Notes under the pieces: model-generated
Databases searched by the model: none
What the model was told of the DNA's origin: nothing
The model's input: the letters and a program-made list of their open reading frames with translations, nothing else
Translations under genes and position numbers: made by a program
Shown: positions 33,110-45,086 of the stretch, piece after piece
Layout: each line of letters starts with the position of its first letter
Position numbering within the stretch: the first letter of the stretch is position 1
Source: Diplonema japonicum
Lineage: Eukaryota > Protista > Euglenozoa: Diplonemea
Direction of reading: 5' to 3'
NCBI GenBank assembly: GCA_964019335.1
Contig: OZ025750.1
Coordinates: 1-64,000, forward strand
DNA length: 64,000 bases

Positions 33110-36100
33110 TTCATCATTCTTTCATTCACTGACCTCCTAACTTCTTCGGCCACGCCAATCCCCTTCGCCCCTTTCACTTGCGACTGGCTCGGCTCTCCAT
33201 CCAGGAACAACCTCCTGATCTACTCCTTAACAGTGATCCACCTTCCACGGGCACATTTCCTCATTTTGAAGAGGTCGAGACGATCTATCGCACGCGAAGC
33301 GAGAAAACGGCTCATGACCCACGGTGACATCCATCCGAATCCTGGACCCGAAGAGGAGAACAAGAAGGAGCTCACTCTTATCTCGGTGAACGTCACGAAC
33401 CTCCCGAACCATCTGAATAGGATCAAACTACAATCATTTGACCTGATCTGCCTCCAGGAGACAGCCCTAACGCAAGCTGGTCAGCGAGTGGATGGTGAAC
33501 GAAGAAACAAAACGTGACGCTTTCCTGAAAGAACACCGTCTCTTCTGGGGACCCCCGCAACAGGGAAAGATATCCAAGGATGCAGAGTCCCCCTCGGTCG
33601 CCCAAAGAGGAGGAGTGGGAATTATAGTGAACAAGCGGCTGACTGCGAAGAAGGAGACTTCTCTTTTCGAAGACCACGGCACCAACACACGCAGAGTTCA
33701 CGTAAGAGTCGCATTGGGGAAACGGGATTGGTTACACGTCATCACCCTCTACTGCCAGGTTAACGACGGCAGTAGTCACGCCAAAAGAAACAGGGAAGCA
33801 CTGATAGATGACACACTACGGAAAACTACGCAACTGGGCGACGTTCCGGTCATCGTAACGGGAGATTTTAATACTACCATTCAGGACTCCCCGGTGCTTT
33901 CACACGCCCTTGCACAGCATTGGACGGACGCCTCGGACAAGGTCTCACGCCTACGTGGTACACAGACCCCTCCCTCCTTCGTCACGGCAACGGCGAAATC
34001 CAGGCCAGACTACATCCTGATGAACGCAACGGCGTCAATGGCTCTGAGACTGCCAGACCATCGACATTGGTGTCCCCTCCCACCACGCACTTAAAATCTC
34101 GATTGATATCCCAAAATTCCACGAGCCCTCGATCCAATACCATCTGCCCAGGATGATCGTCCCCCTCCAGGACTCCCGAGACCGTACACCGCACAGTGAT
34201 ATTCTCCCAACATTGAGGGCCCTGAAGGACACCGGGGATCTAGACGCCGCTTTCTTAGCGCTCTCTACAGCTTGTGAAAAGCATCTCTTGAGGGGAACAG
34301 CACAATTGGGAAACTCGATATTCTCAGGCAGAGGCGAAGTAAACTCACCCAGCTTGCGAAGGACCGCAGCCCCATCCACGGAGAACAGTTTTGGAGCTGT
34401 ATCCAAGAAATACTTAACCCTCGAGAAAATCCGACAAAGCGCATCCGCCATTTTACTGAGAGTTCAGCTGTTGAAAGACCCAGCCTTGCCCTATGACCTA
34501 CGTAAAGGGTGGGACAAGATGAAGGCGAAAGCTATCAATGTCTTAAAGGTTCACCCTGAGACTTTTTCCGACGGCAACATCTCCAAGGAGGCAGACCTTG
34601 TGAGAAGGAAGGTGACAGCATTACAACGGGACATGGACATTGCCTCGAAGATCCAGCGCAGTGTGAAAGCACGGAGGGAGCTAAATTCAGGCTTCTCGGT
34701 GAATCGGAGCGCGATCATGCAGTTCGTAGCAGATAGGCCCGAGAGAGAGCTGGTAGCAGCAAAAACCAACGGTGCCATCTCGACCTCAATTGAAGAGATC
34801 GACCTAGCTTTCAGGTCGGCGTGGCGCCACATCTTTCGCAAATACGAAGAACGCCCCGAACCGCGCTACGACTCTTTTGAAGAGGCGTTTGGGACGCAGA
34901 TCTCCCACCACCCGATGGTAGACCTCTCACTCACTCTGGACGATCTACGGGTAGTCCTGAAAAAGAAGGAGAAGCAGGAGTACGCAGGGATCGACGGTTG
35001 GAGGCTGTGTGAACTCGCACATTTACCGGACGCTCTGCTGGAGGGTTTCGTCTTTCTGTACGAATGGATAGAGGAAGGGGGACGATGGCCCAAGGCAGTC
35101 CTCACGGCGCTTGTAACTATGATCCCGAAAGGTGAGTCCGAAGAACCGCTGGAACACCGCCCAATCACGGTATCGAGAGCGTTCTACCTACTCTGGGCAG
35201 GCGCTAGACTACCCGCGATCCTCGAGTGGCAAGAGGCGTGGATCACCCCTCTCCAGTTCGGTTTCAGGCCGAAACACAGCACGGACGACCTCCTCGCCCG
35301 AGTCTGCACTAGTGTAGAGACGGCGAAAGTATCAGGTAAGCACCTCTATGGCCTCTCGGTTGACTTCAAAAAGGGCTTCGACTCGATCCCCCATGCGCTT
35401 ACGTTCGATTTAGTGGAGCGTTTAGGCCTCAGCCAACTTATCCTGAGACCGATAAAATCCATCTACTCGGACCTAATCCGTCGGTTACGTTTCCCCATGG
35501 GGGTGGGCGCACCGTTCAGAACCACGAATGGGATTCTCCAGGGTTGTCCAATATCACCGGTCTTCATCAACGCGATCCTCGCTATATTCACCAAGAAATG
35601 CACGGCGAACCCTAGAAACGCCCATCCTGTGTCGTATGCAGACGACCTAAACTTCACGTCAGCTACTTCGGAGGCCGCGGTGCAACGCTCCGTTAACCTG
35701 CTTGGCACCCTCTGCAAGCTCACAGGGATGGCTATCCACCCGAAGAAAACTAAGTCGTTTGGAACGAAACCCAAGTACTGCGGCAACGTACAGCTACACG
35801 GGGAGACCTTCGACACGTCCTGCAAACTGCAGATCCTGGGGGTACTGGTCTACTTCCAGCCTTGTAGAAGAGAGAACACGAGAGCCCGCAAGGCACTTGC
35901 GGAAATTGAGCGCCTCGCAGCAACGAGACTTTACCACAACCGCAAGGTACAGATCATCGCAGAGAACATCCTACCGTCCGCCTTCTACGGCGTCCTATTC
36001 GACCCAATCCCAGACTCTTGGCTGGTGAAATTGAAGAAGCAGATCGTCATGCATCTGGGGCGCACGCAACCCGATGCGCTCCGCCAGTGCGCTGCTAGGG

Positions 36101-37505
36101 ATTGCCTACAAAGGACACACCCTAGACCCTTACTCTTCGGTGGTCTATAAAGCCATTTCGCCCCTAGGTCGCCTGTGCACACGACAGTCGAACAAGTCCC
36201 TATTCGAGTCGGGCTGGGAAACTTACAAGTACGCAAAGGAGCGAGATGGAACGCCGTCGCTTTCGAAGGGGCCATTTGGTAATGCGGAAATATGGCTACG
36301 GGACATCGGGACGAGATGGAAGGACTTTATTAAAGAGTTGCCACGGGGCATGCCACACCTGAAACACGAGGTCAGAGCGCGGTTGAAAGAAAAACTGCGG
36401 GGCGAGCTCGCCGAAGAGCGGGACACTTTCAAAGGAATCGAGACAGGAGTGGACGAGATGAAGACGAACGTCCTACACAACGAGGTGGCGATCACCAACC
36501 CGCAGAAAGCGAGGAGAATCCTTTGTGCCGTTACTGGCGCCATCCTTCCACTGCACCCTAGAGCCTACGGCGACATGGATGGCACGCGAACGAAATGCCT
36601 TGGGTGTGACGCACCCTTCGACATTAGAGGCGGGACCAGCAACCTCCTGCTGCACTACAATTTGGCACTGCCCGGCACACGCCGGTTTTAGAACGGCCAA
36701 CGCCGACCGCGAATGGCTAGTGCAAGAACACACTAACTGGCCAACCTGCACCCGCGTACACGGCATCATTACCTCGGACTTGGACATCAGCCTATTGAGA
36801 GTCAAGGAGCTCCACCTGATGCTAGCAGAAGTGGCAGGCAAGCTCGAGAACCTGCACGCCGACAAGCAGGTCAGGTACACGAACCAGCATTTCTGGAATA
36901 GACCATTCCGACCGGGGAACCTCTTAACCCCGAAGCCTCTCCCCTGGTACCACGAACATGGGCTGCAGAAGAAATACTTCCCAGGCCTAATCCCATTTGT
37001 CCTCAACTGGCTGAACGCCCTAAAATGGGGCGAGGAAGGCGGGCAAGTTTCGAAGGCGGAACTAGCAGTCGACCTCATAGCAACGGAAAGGCTCCACATG
37101 GGTGGGGAAGACATAGCGTGCTGGGCGAGAAAGCTCGGCAGGATTCTCAGCGTCTTAGAAAGGATCCATCTAAAAGGGACGGGGAATCATCTGATTCCGG
37201 CAGAAACTATGAAGTCAGTACACTCACTACGCACCCTAGGGCTCCACAGCCATGCCGTCACTGGCTACTCCACTCGTCCGATCTTCGCATCCCCGAAGGT
37301 CACCCACTCGATCCTAGAGGAACAAATGCGCACGCATTGCATCCTCAACAACTCGCTAGTTGGTTTCACGCCCAAGCTGCTGATGAGATACTACGACGGG
37401 CCTAAGGCACTACCACGACAGAAGGGATCAAACACTAGATGAATTGATTGTCGTTAGGCGATCCTGTCACATACTGCAGGTTCCCTTCAAAGACATCTTC
37501 TTTTA
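33110..37505 (+). mobile_element. 5'-truncated family 2 non-LTR retrotransposon with complete but frameshifted ORF2
   Basis: Linker plus GDIHPNPGP (33323-33349); APE (LQET, TGDFN, PDYIL); RT (HRPIT, QFGFRP, VDFKKGFD, LQGCPIS, YADD); C-terminal WLNALKW..VSKAELAVD. Confidence 0.92.
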
Positions 37506-37625
37506 GGGGGGAGGGCGGGGTACACTTACTTTTATTTTCCTGTATTGCTTTCATTTTCTTTGTCTCTTGTTTGTTCTCTGATTGAACTTGTAACACAGTC
37601 GGGTGGGGGGGAGTGTGCTACGAGT

Positions 37626-39500
37626 ATGCTGAAGACGACAACATGTCTGCTCTGTGCAGCGATGCTGCTGCACGGCAGCACAGCAGTGCAGGTCGACGCT
37701 GTCTACAGGGAAGCACCAGACTTTGCAAACCACCAGCACAGCTGCTTCAACGATGCCTCATGATGCAAGTGCACAGCTGACATGGATGATGACAGGGCTG
37801 AAGAGAACCGACGGGGATACTCTTGAGTCCTTGATGGTTATCAAGCGACCGACGAGAAGCGTGAGGAAGGAATTCGCCCTACAGGGGGGACAGCGTCGTG
37901 CCCTGCCGACATGCTTCTTAACGGCATGCACCGAACGAGTTGTGACCCCCTTGACTGTGTGGACCAGTTCGAATGCTGTCAGTTCGTTCCCTCAGTCGGG
38001 ACCTTCGTCATGGACACGCCTGTCAACTTTTCTTGGGAAGCATGCATGGACACCTGGAACAATTGGTGTGATGCAGACGCGGACCACCTCGTGGCGGGTT
38101 GGTCATTGGCGCACGCCCACGGCTGTGCCCACGGCGGCGCCGCCCACTGCTGAGCCGACGGCAGAGCCAACATCCGCTCCACCTACGGCAGGGCCCACAG
38201 CAGCACCGCCCACTGCTGAGCCAACTGCAGAGCCCACATCCGCTCCTCCAACTGCAGCCCTTCCCACAACAGCACCGCGTACAAGCGCTCCCCCTACAGC
38301 AGCCAACTGCAGGCCTCGTACCTTTGCACCGCTGACAACAACTGTGGATTTGACATCTTTCACCAACGTTGCCTCAATTGGGTGTGACTTCCTGTCTAAG
38401 TGCTCTGGATTGCAAACCGTGGATTTGACATCCTTCACCAACGTTACCACCATTGACGATAGCTTCATGTTTGAATGCTGTAAATTGCAAACCGTGGATT
38501 TGACATCCTTCACCAACGTTACCACCATTGGCCATGGCTTCCTGTCTGAATGCTCTGGATTACAAACCGTGGATTTGACAGCCTTCACCAACGTCACCAC
38601 CATTGGCAGTTGGTTCTTGTCTGAATGCTCTGGATTGAAAACCATGGACTTGACATCCTTCACCAACGTTGCCTCAATTGGCCGTTCCTGTCTTCGTGCC
38701 CGAGATTGCAAACCGTGGATTTGACAGCCTTCACCACTATTGGCAATAGCTTCCTGTCTTCATGCTCTGGATTGCAAACCGTGGATTTGACATCCTTCAC
38801 CAACGTCACCATTGGCAATGGCTTCTTGTCTCTGGATTGCAAACCGTGGACTTGACAGTCTTCACCAACGTTACCACCATTGGCTATTGCTTCCTGTATT
38901 CGTGCTCTGGATTGCAATCCGTGGATTTGACACCCTTCACCAACGTCACCACCATTGGCCATTGCTTCCTGACTTCGTGCTCTGGATTACAAACCGTGGA
39001 TTTGACATCCTTCACCAACGTCTCCACCCATTGGCAATGGCTTCTTCTCTGAATGCTTTTCTCCTTGGAGATGAGAACATATATTATAGTGCGACATGAT
39101 CAGACTGGAACGGCCGCCCCGGGGCATCCTCTGCTCAACCCGGCGGACGTGGGAGGCCCTTCTTCGGAAGGTGCCAGTCGCTTGATCAGTGTCGTCGAAT
39201 GCGCGCTATATTTTATATTTTATAAATACAGATAACAATCGATTGAAAGAAGAAGAACGTTTACCAATGGCTTCTTCTCTGAATGCTCTGAATTGCAAAC
39301 CGTGGATTTGACATTGGTTGGCAATGGCTTCCTGTATTCGTGCTCTGGATTGCAAACCTTGGATTTGACATCCTTCACCAACGTTACCTCAATTGGTGAT
39401 AACTTCCTGTCTTCGTGCCCGAGATTGCAGAACATCACGGCTTCGTCACTTCCCGAAAACCACATCCTGGGGAGCTTCTTAACAATAAATAAAAAAAAAA
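37626..39500 (+). pseudogene. Chimeric pseudogene: signal peptide, Cys-rich domain, PTA stalk, LRR array
   Basis: MLKTTTCLLCAAMLLHGSTA; in-frame stops and frameshifts; PTAEPTSAPPTA repeats at ~38110-38340; 66-bp LRR units from ~38340. Confidence 0.75.
39058..39265 (+). mobile_element. Family A element, complete (~208 bp) with 22-23 bp TSD
   Basis: (C)AATGGCTTCTTCTCTGAATGCT duplicated at 39035-39057 and 39265-39287 inside an LRR unit. Confidence 0.9.
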
Positions 39501-39545
39501 AAAGAAAAACAAAGTAAAACCATGAGGATTTTTTTTTTTTTTTTT

Positions 39546-40397
39546 TGTGCAAGACTCCACACCCGGACACGGTGACCTTACACCGCCATCAGCTGTATGA
39601 GTGTGCCTGTGCACAAGAGGAACTGGCACTAGACGGAATGGAGCCGTTGCGCAACAGATCAGGATGGCCCCTAGTCTGGAGCTGCACGCGATACTGCCGA
39701 GGGGGCATGTCTTCGCACACCTGGAGAAGCTGCAGCGATACATGGCTGTGGTGGTCGGGAAACGGGATGTGGAGCTCATGCAAATAGACAACGCCAGCAC
39801 ACAGCCGCTGCCGTGGGTACGCGATGTGGAGGGAAGGAGATGCCTCGTGCCAACGGCGGGGGAGCTCGAAGGAGTGGGAGGAATCGTCGCAGAATTCTTG
39901 AACCCGCTGCTGCAGTGGTTGTCACAGCAACGAAGGGTGAAGGAGGACACCAGCTCTGAAGTGTCAGCGGTGGAATTGGCCATCGACTTCGAATGGACGA
40001 CAGGCAAGTTACTGGGAGGTCTGCTGGAAGATAGGGCTCGCAAGATCAAAGCACTGATAAGAAAGCTGAACACGGCATGCAGGGCACGGAAGAAGCCACG
40101 CCCCTTCCCAGCGGATGAACAGAAGAGAGTGAAGTCCCTCATCGCAATAGGTGGGAAGACGGCTATGGGTTTCGCCAGGAGGCCCATCTTCGCCACCCAC
40201 TCCACGCACGACAAGCTGATGGAACTGAAAGCCGCTTACAAGCGAGACCGCATCACACGACTCCGCAAGACGCTCAAGGCCTCGATTGGAACGAAAGCAA
40301 TGCTCCAGAAGGGGAGTATAAATAGATAGCCCCCCCCAACCCACCCAAGGGCGGCCCTCCATGAGGGGGTTTGTCCTGCACTTTGAGTTTTTTTTTT
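39546..40397 (+). mobile_element. 5'-truncated, diverged family 1 LINE copy
   Basis: Aligns to ~29520-30368; T-tracts on both sides. Confidence 0.9.
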
Positions 40398-40786
40398 CAC
40401 ACTGCTGCGTCTGATCGGTTTGCTGGCTGCTGTGGTGGGGGGTAGTATTACCTGCCTGACTTCCGGCGGGTTGGCGGGTTGTTGTGGCTGGGGTCTCTCT
40501 TCAAGGAACACCATCGCTTCTTCGGGGAAAAAACCCTCCAAACAAACTTTTCCCCACCCTTATAACGCGATTTTTTAAAAAAAAAGAAATTTTAATCTAA
40601 GAAACCAAATGAAGTGTAAACAAATAGAAAGAAAAAAAAAAGGAAAGAAAGAAAAAAATAACATAAACCCCAACAAACCCTCTTCCCCCATGTGCATCAA
40701 AAAAAAAAAAAAATAAAAAAAAAAAATAAAAAAAAAATCCCGAGGACTGGCAGCCAACGGAGGAAAAAAAAAAAAAAAAAAAAAAA

Positions 40787-41085
40787 GAGGAACTGGCCGT
40801 TGTTTGTACGTTGTATGTCCTCTGCCCTTTAGCGCCACACCTCGCACAGTGAACCGCAGTGTCACCGTGCGAGGTGTCGCACTCCTCGAAGATGCAATCC
40901 GCGAGGTGAGGGGCGCGAGTGCTTCCCGATGGGTACTCGAGGTCCGCGTATTGGACCAGATCATCCCAGTCTAGTGCCGTCATTTTGTTTGTACGTGCCG
41001 GGTAAAACCTGGAGAAGTTTGTCAACCCGAAACACGTTGCCAACGTTCCCCTTTTGTTTAGACAAGTCAAAGACTCGTTCTTGCA
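40787..41085 (-). mobile_element. Short retroelement-like fragment with CCHC-like knuckle
   Basis: CIFEECDTSHGDTAVHCARC; T-tracts on both sides on the minus strand; partial copy at 21752. Confidence 0.5.
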
Positions 41086-41649
41086 AAAAAAAAAAAAAAA
41101 AAAGCCATTAGCCAACTGTGGAAAGAGAATTCCCATGTCACAAAAGGCGCTAGAACAATAACACAGGCCGACACGAAAGCACGAACGTCTCAACACACTT
41201 CCGTTGGCTCCACACAGCCCAGCTGGGTGGGGTCGGTCTGGCTAGACCAAGAGGAGGTGGAATTTTAAAATAATAAAAAAAAAAAACCTTAGTTTCATTT
41301 TCGAGTTGAGGTTTTAGATGCTCACAATTTTCGCCAAAGATTCCTTCCCTTCTTGTGAAGCGAGAAAAATATAAAACTTCTTCGTCTCTCATGTTTAGCA
41401 GTCCCTCCCCCCACTTTCTTTCTTTCTTTTTCCCCATCCTCTTTTCACCTCTTCCCCCTACTGTGCTGAACTCCTACAACTAGGAACTACTGGAGACGAC
41501 CCTACGCAATGTAGGAGTGCCGGCCCGGCGTGCTACGAGGGTGATAGGCTATGCAGGGTCTCACAGACCTCGCACCCTATGATTTTAGTTTCCACCTTTT
41601 CCTTTTCCACTTCTTGACTTTTAACTTCCCTTCTGCTCTCCCGACATGG

Positions 41650-41908
41650 TTTCCGTCCCGGGTATGACGTTAAACTGCGTCCGCCGACGCATTTGGGTCA
41701 ACATTCTCTGATGACCAAGCCGTCTTTTTCCGTTTCTTCTCCCCTTCTCTTTGTTATGTTATTTTCATTATTCTTTCTGGCGATAGACTGATACGGGCCA
41801 TGGAAGCAACCTCTGCTTAATTCCTGGTACGTGGGAGGCTCCTCTTGAGGATGTCAGTCACCTTTTCCCTTTTTTACTCGACTCTCTGTTTTCGTATGCA
41901 GTATTTAT
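41650..41908 (+). mobile_element. Short structured element family B (intact core 41786-41859)
   Basis: Aligns to 14130-14370; core is homologous in fold to the family A core. Confidence 0.75.
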
Positions 41909-42541
41909 TCTTTCCCACCCCCTTTTTATCTATTTCTTCGCTTCTTCATCCTAACTTAAAACCATTTCAGCTACCTCCCCGTGATGTGGCCCAACTGGCA
42001 GCGGTTTGCATAGCGCAAGAGCGCCTAAACTATGGCTCGCAAACTAGTCAACTTTGGGGAGCATCAACTCACATGCAACAATCTTACCTAACTCATAGAA
42101 AGCGGTATTCCCAAGCACTGCTTCAGTTGGCCTGTCATCTCTTATTTGGACGAAGAAGCGCTCGTTCTTTACATGCCCTCTCAGTTTCAGCTACCACTGA
42201 TCACAAACCTGCAAGAAACATGAGGGAAAAAAAAATAAAGTTACTTTTATTTTTTTGATGTTTCTCGCTAAAACAAGGGAAAATATAAATAAAGTCTACT
42301 TTATTTATAGGGTCCCCAGCCAAAAACACTAGGGAGGGGGGGGGCAAAAAGATAAAATAAAAAAAAAAGAAAAAAAAAATGCCTACTCGAAGACCCTGAG
42401 TCGAACGTGCACAACCTGTGCCTCACGCAAGCCGACTTCCGCACCGGCGATCGACAATTGAGCAGGTAATGCTCCTGTCCCAAACCTTGTGATTCCTCAC
42501 AAAAGGGGCAACCCCTGCCCCCCGTGGACCTACGAATATAA

Positions 42542-43000
42542 ATGCCAACACAAACCCTTCAAATGAAGGCACCTTGCGGGACAGTGAGCGTGGAGGTGGA
42601 AGGAGGCGACAAGATAGAAACACTAAAGGCGATGACCGCCTCGTCAACAGGGTTGGATGTGGAGTACCTCACGCTGGTATACGAGGGAGAAGAGCTGAAG
42701 GAAGGCAACAAAGTGTGCGAGCATGGTACTGGTAGGACTGAGCAAGAGACAACTCGCGCTTGACCTGATTAAAGAGAACGGGTGGGAGGACCTGGAGACG
42801 TTAGACACAGCAGCGGTACTGAGAGGAGACTTGCCAAGGGTGTGGGAGGACGTAACTTATTCAAAGGTCTTAGCAGTGATGTGTGAAGGGGGACTTTGTG
42901 ATGATAACAAGCTTGGAGACATGCTTGTGCTTCTCGCAGCAAGAGGCTTCATGAAGAGCGTGGAGGTTCTATTGTCGCACGATGTCCCGCGGGCTCACCA
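42542..43000 (+). pseudogene. Truncated Ubl-ankyrin paralog
   Basis: First ~180 nt almost identical to 30794-30972; frameshift near 42720; LAVMCEGGLCDD matches LAVMCEGGMCDD. Confidence 0.85.
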
Positions 43001-43415
43001 CCTTCTGCGGAAGCGAAGCTATAGAGTACATGTTAAACGGAAGATGAAGAGAAAAGAAAAAAAAAAAAGAGAGAAAAAAGAAATAACTAACAAATACCGT
43101 ATTTCTTTTGAATCTGAACGCCTCTAAGCCAGAACCCAGGCTAAGGTGATACTGACTAGTTTCTTGTCGGTTCAAAGGCAGTACGTTTTCGTCGTGAAGT
43201 TGTATTGTTTTTTTTGGTTCTCTGCCCTGTCTCCTGGTGTAGTGCCGTCATCGTGGCCGTTGCCTTCTTCGTTTTCCTTTTCTCCTTGCCCTCCGCAAAC
43301 CCCTTGAGGGTCCCATATAGGTATCAGACCACGACTAGTTTGCTGTGGCACGTTGCAGTCTTTCTGTTCGACAGTTTAAAAAAAAAAAAAAGAAAAAAAG
43401 AAAAATAATAATAAT

Positions 43416-43784
43416 ATGTCGGTGGCACTGAACGTCGTCCTGCCCAGCAAAGATGTCCTGACGCTGGAGGCCACTGGGAGCACGACTGTGTTGGAGTTGA
43501 AGAAGGAGATTGCAAATCTTGCGAATCTCGATGTTTCAACGCTCATCATGACGCATGACGGGGAAGAGCTCGGCAGCGAGGATGACACCAGAAAGGTGAT
43601 GGACTGTGCTTTTGAAGACCAGAGCGAACTGACTGTCGGCATCAGCGTCCGGACAGCGATCATTGAGCATCTAAAGGAATGCGGGTGGACAACAAGTGCT
43701 GATGACATTTACGAAGCTTTGGCCCACTTCGACAATCCTGACAATGATGATGACAAGCCTGATGCATGCGTTCTCGGGATATGA
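43416..43784 (+). pseudogene. Ubl-domain gene fragment (Ubl-ankyrin family N-terminus)
   Basis: MSVALNVV..TVLELKKEIA..LIMTHDGEEL; ends early next to a solo LINE tail at ~43803-43870. Confidence 0.6.
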
Positions 43785-44074
43785 TGTCTTTCATTTGGTA
43801 GTGGATGAGAACAAGGGGGGCGTCTCACAAAGACTTCCTTTAACTCATATACTTTCTTTTTTTTTTTTTTTCCCTACTACGGTCCTAAGGCACCACCACA
43901 ACAGAAGGGATCAAACACCAGATGAGTTGATTGTCTACTCCTTTTTTTTTCCTCTCCTTTATTTTTGCTTTTTTTTTTTTTTTCTGCCTGTATTACCTAT
44001 CCCACACACATTGGGTCAAAAAAAAAAATGCAAAAGTAATCTTTTCTTTTCGTTTCCTTTTTTTTTTTTTTATA

Positions 44075-44510
44075 TAACTCGAGCCGGGTTTTTCAAGGGT
44101 GGGAGTGAAAATAAGATTTTACTTTATGTCACTCTCAGCTTTTGACCTATTCCACCTAGGTTTAGGGCAAGTTACAGCAAGATCAACGCCATCATCCAAC
44201 GAAACTTCGGTAAAAAAATGCAGAGCTTTCCCAGGGTTGCACTTCTTTTGAAGAAGGCCATGAGGTGAAAAAGAGCTTCGGTGTTTAGTCAGGAACAAAT
44301 GAAAGAGTATCTGAATGGAATTCAGCGACCCCTACAACATAGTGCGTCAGGCATATGCAGCTTGCATGTTTGCAAGCGGGATGAGGACAAGGAGTCGCAC
44401 AAACTGAAATTTAGCGCGACGGTGTATCTCCCACACCCTGTAACCCAAATCCCACTTTTCACTTGTTGTAACCCTGTAACCTCCCACCCTTTCAAACCCG
44501 GCTCTTGTTA
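44075..44510. mobile_element. MITE-like element
   Basis: Inverted termini GAGCCGGGTTTTTCAAGGGTGGGAG / CTCCCACCCTTTCAAACCCGGCTC. Confidence 0.6.
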
Positions 44511-44523
44511 AATAAAACAACGT

Positions 44524-44690
44524 ATTAGTGAAAATAAGAGCATTATTCCACTTGTGGTGGCAGGTTTAACTCGTAGCTTTTTACTTCTACTAAACGGGAT
44601 ATTAGTTCAGCGAAGCGAGTGAACTAAGATCCCTACTCGTTAAACCCCCTGCCACCACGCGTGAAATAATGCTATCTTATTTTCACTTAA
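44524..44690. repeat. Short foldback element
   Basis: ATTAGTGAAAATAAGAGCATTATT..GTGGTGGCAGG pairs with CCTGCCACCAC..AATAATGCTATCTTATTTTCACTTAAT. Confidence 0.7.
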
Positions 44691-45086
44691 TAAATAGCTA
44701 TTTTTTTTGCCGTAGGGCTTTCGGGATTGATGGCAGACTGCTGAGGCAGAGGGGTTGTGCGCTGACGGCTTATACGAAAAACGCCCACCTTTAAAAGCTC
44801 AACCCTTTTTTTTTTTTTTTATAATGTTTTATGTTTCAACAAAATAGGTTTTCTTCGATTGTATTTCGTGCTCAGAGGGATCGGAGGATATAAAGAAGAG
44901 CCTTTTTTTTTTGGACGCCCCGACACTCCGGCATTTTTCTCTCCGGAATCTTTCGCTTTGCAGTAGTTTTTATTTTTCTTTCTTTTATTTTCTTGCTACA
45001 TTATATCTCAACAAATAGGTTTTCTTCGATAGAATTTCGTGCTCAGGGGGATCGGGAGGATATAAAGAAGAGCAGAAGAAGATAAA

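Noticed and set aside
40800-40983. TFIIS/RPA12 zinc-ribbon gene (CARC...YNVQT)
   Set aside because: Lacks the RSADE motif and second Cys pair, and lies within a dispersed repeat
44836-45072. ~60-bp direct repeat upstream of the Ubl-LRR gene as LTR or TSD
   Set aside because: Too short for an LTR and too long and diverged for a TSD; treated as a local duplication
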